Origin: Bilabrum cf. latius | Lineage: Eukaryota | Direction: 5' to 3' | Assembly (NCBI GenBank): GCA_965178125.1 | Contig: OZ237738.1 | Span: 186,001 to 250,000 of the forward strand | DNA length: 64,000 bases | Shown here: positions 61,877 to 64,000 of the stretch, one piece after another | Layout of the letters: every line of letters begins with the position of its first letter | Numbering within the stretch: position 1 is the first letter of the stretch | Notes under the pieces: model-generated | What the model saw: only the letters and a program-made list of their open reading frames with translations | What the model was told of the DNA's origin: nothing | Database searches by the model: none | Translations under genes and position numbers: made by a program

Positions 61877-64000
61877 ATGCCTTCATTGAAGTCTTCGACT
61901 GGAAGCCAGGGCTCATCTAGGGATAGCAGGCGTAAGGGCCAGTCTTCGAGCAGACCGAAGTCGGCATCTCGGAGGGTTCGGGGGCCGTATCACAAAGCGT
62001 GCGCGCCGTGCGCGAAAGCTAAGCGTCAATGTGATGGCGATAGACCGTGTGCCCGATGCGTCCAGCGCAATCATGCGCATTTGTGCATTGACAGCGTCGA
62101 CAAGCGCAGCAAGTCATCAAAGCCGAACAGCTCGTAGAGCTCCGCTCGGTCTAGTACCCACAAAGTTGCTGCACCGCCAAAGCAACGATCAAGCGATTTG
62201 AGTCTTGAGCTTGCTGATCCGGTGGCTGGCTATCCAAGGCCGCCCCCTGGGGGTGGGGTATGGGGCCAGGTGGGCGGGCAAGCCAGTGCCGGGCCCCGCC
62301 CACAACCGCTCGTGATGCCGCCTGGAGGCACGCCAGGTGGAATACCGTACCTGGGTAACTCTCCGGGATCGGGAATTGCTGGTGGGCTAGTGAGGCGGGG
62401 CCAGAGCGGCGGCTCTCCCCTAGGTCGTGGCGCATCAGCCGAGGCCTCCACAGCTGGCGCGCATAATCGAGGTGGGTTTGGTGCTTCTGGCTCTGGCACT
62501 GGCAGGGCCGCGCTGGCCAGCGGGTACAGTGGGGAGATACGAGCTAGCTCTGGACGATAGGGGGGCGGCCGGAAGAGTCTTGCTGGCTAGGCAGTGTTAT
62601 CCAACGTGTACCAGGCCCGGCCACCGCTTGACACGTCGGCAGGATCTGCAGTCGATCCCGGGTCTTTCTCTGGGTCCAGCTTGGCTCTTGATAGGTCGGT
62701 GCTTCCCCCCTCTGGTCCTGGTTAGATGGACATGCAGCGTGGCTCATTAGGCGCTAGTTCTCGCAGCTTCGGAGCCGGGAGTGCGACTGATGCAGACCTG
62801 TTTGCGGAGTCTGCACCGGCGCAACAGCACTCAATGGCGGGGCGGGGTGGCCATAGGGCGAGCGCGGCGTCCTCCTAGCCTGTTTAGCAGTTCTCATCCG
62901 CATCTGGTACTCGTGGCACTCCGCAGGCAGCCCATTAGTCTGCTGCAGGCATGCCGATGGGCGCTGGACTGGGACTAGGGACCAGCTCAGCCGGTGCAGG
63001 AATGGAGAGGTTCCCCAGAGCGACCGCTCCGCCCTTCGCGGTGCCTTCCGGGGCGCAGTTTGTCGCAGGTGTGAGGGAGGTGTCCGCGTCTGACAGTAGC
63101 CGGAGCATTTCTGAGAGCAGAGAGATCGAAACGATGCTGCCACCGGCGCGACAGGACAGCAATACCAGCGGACAGTTTCCACTGCTCACGGTGCCGCCGT
63201 CTAGCTCGGCAGCTGCAAGACAGCAGTTGCCACCTGTCCGACCGCTGATGGTAGTTTCATCAGGTGGAAAACAGATCAGGGGCCCAGCGTACCGGCAAGG
63301 CGCGCAGGCAGGCGCCAGCAGCAGCGCCAGCAGCAGCAGTAGTGGTGCTGGGAGTGCTCTGGCGCAGGCGGGGCAAGGTTTGCTGCAGCAGAGCTTCAAT
63401 CGAGGCGGTCCAGGGCAGAATCCTCCCACGATGCAGGCCGTGCAGCAGAGAATGGGAGGTAGCAGTGACAGCCTGCCGCTGGGAAGCTCCAAGAACCGGG
63501 CTGAGCCGTCGCAGGAGAGGGGGGCCATCTACAGCGGGGCAGTAGCAGGGCAAAATGCCTTCCAGAGCGTGACATCTGCGGGCAGCATGTCCATGTTTTC
63601 ATCTGGATAGACGGGTAGGCAAGCTCCGAATCAGAATCAGGGGCAGACCCTGGGCCAAGGGGATGGCCAGGGCATGGGTTCACCTGGAGCCGCGGGTGCT
63701 CGACCAGCGCAGCCAAGCGGCATGTTCTCATCGGGGGGTACCCATGGGCCGCAAGCAACTGCCATGTTTTCGTCCGGCGGGACGGCGGAACAAAGCGGGA
63801 TGTTTGAGTCTGGTCAGAGCGTACCAAGGGGCGGGGCTAGCTTGTTTTCATCTGCCGGTTCCGCCCCGCAGGGGCAACAGACGCGATGGGCGAACAGTCG
63901 AGGCGGTACTGGCCCCAGCCAGTCACAGGGCGGCCCGCCAGCCACTGCCCAGCTGATGGATGACAAGGGAAACGTGCGGTTCCAGCTTCCTCTGCGGCGG
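61877..64000 (+). CDS. Zn(II)2Cys6 binuclear-cluster transcription factor-like protein (3' end outside window)
   Basis: ACAPCAKAKRQCDGDRPCARCVQRNHAHLC at about 61997-62086. The frame continues through about 8 TAGs to the window end without TAA or TGA. Confidence 0.85.

Noticed and set aside
1-64000. Cluster of pseudogenes or sequencing errors as the explanation for internal stops
   Set aside because: All interruptions are the same codon (TAG), there are no frameshifts or internal TAA/TGA, and catalytic motifs and splice sites of housekeeping genes are intact.
1-64000. The many long antisense and alternate-frame ORFs in the track (e.g. 26088..27926 +, 42228..43841 -, 55863..57473 -, 38951..40348 -)
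   Set aside because: Shadows of GC-rich coding sequence and repeats; they have no motifs and overlap well-supported genes.

Overview
Gene-dense, GC-rich eukaryotic nuclear DNA with short GT-AG introns and long G/S/A/R-rich insertions inside folded domains. It is probably a flagellated protist; a stramenopile-like affinity is only a guess. The standard-code ORF track shatters the genes because this organism appears to read TAG as glutamine while TAA and TGA remain stops. With TAG=Gln, 16 intact genes tile about 90% of the window: a PX + nucleotidyltransferase-fold protein, MsrB, a giant kinesin, an orphan, GDT1/TMEM165 with an EF-hand, a RanBP2-ZnF + DUF3626-like protein, a CHAT-STAND-TPR giant, ICln, CapZ-beta with a long tail, PDH E1-beta, glyoxalase II, a TTLL4-like glutamylase, an RCC1-repeat giant, a GH33 sialidase, 14-3-3 and a Zn2Cys6 factor. 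A hand count gives roughly 110-120 in-frame TAGs and no in-frame TAA or TGA in these frames. Of the 14 genes that end in the window, 11 end in TGA and 3 in TAA. No RNA genes, mobile elements or CRISPR arrays were recognised. All domain calls are motif recognition by eye, not database searches.
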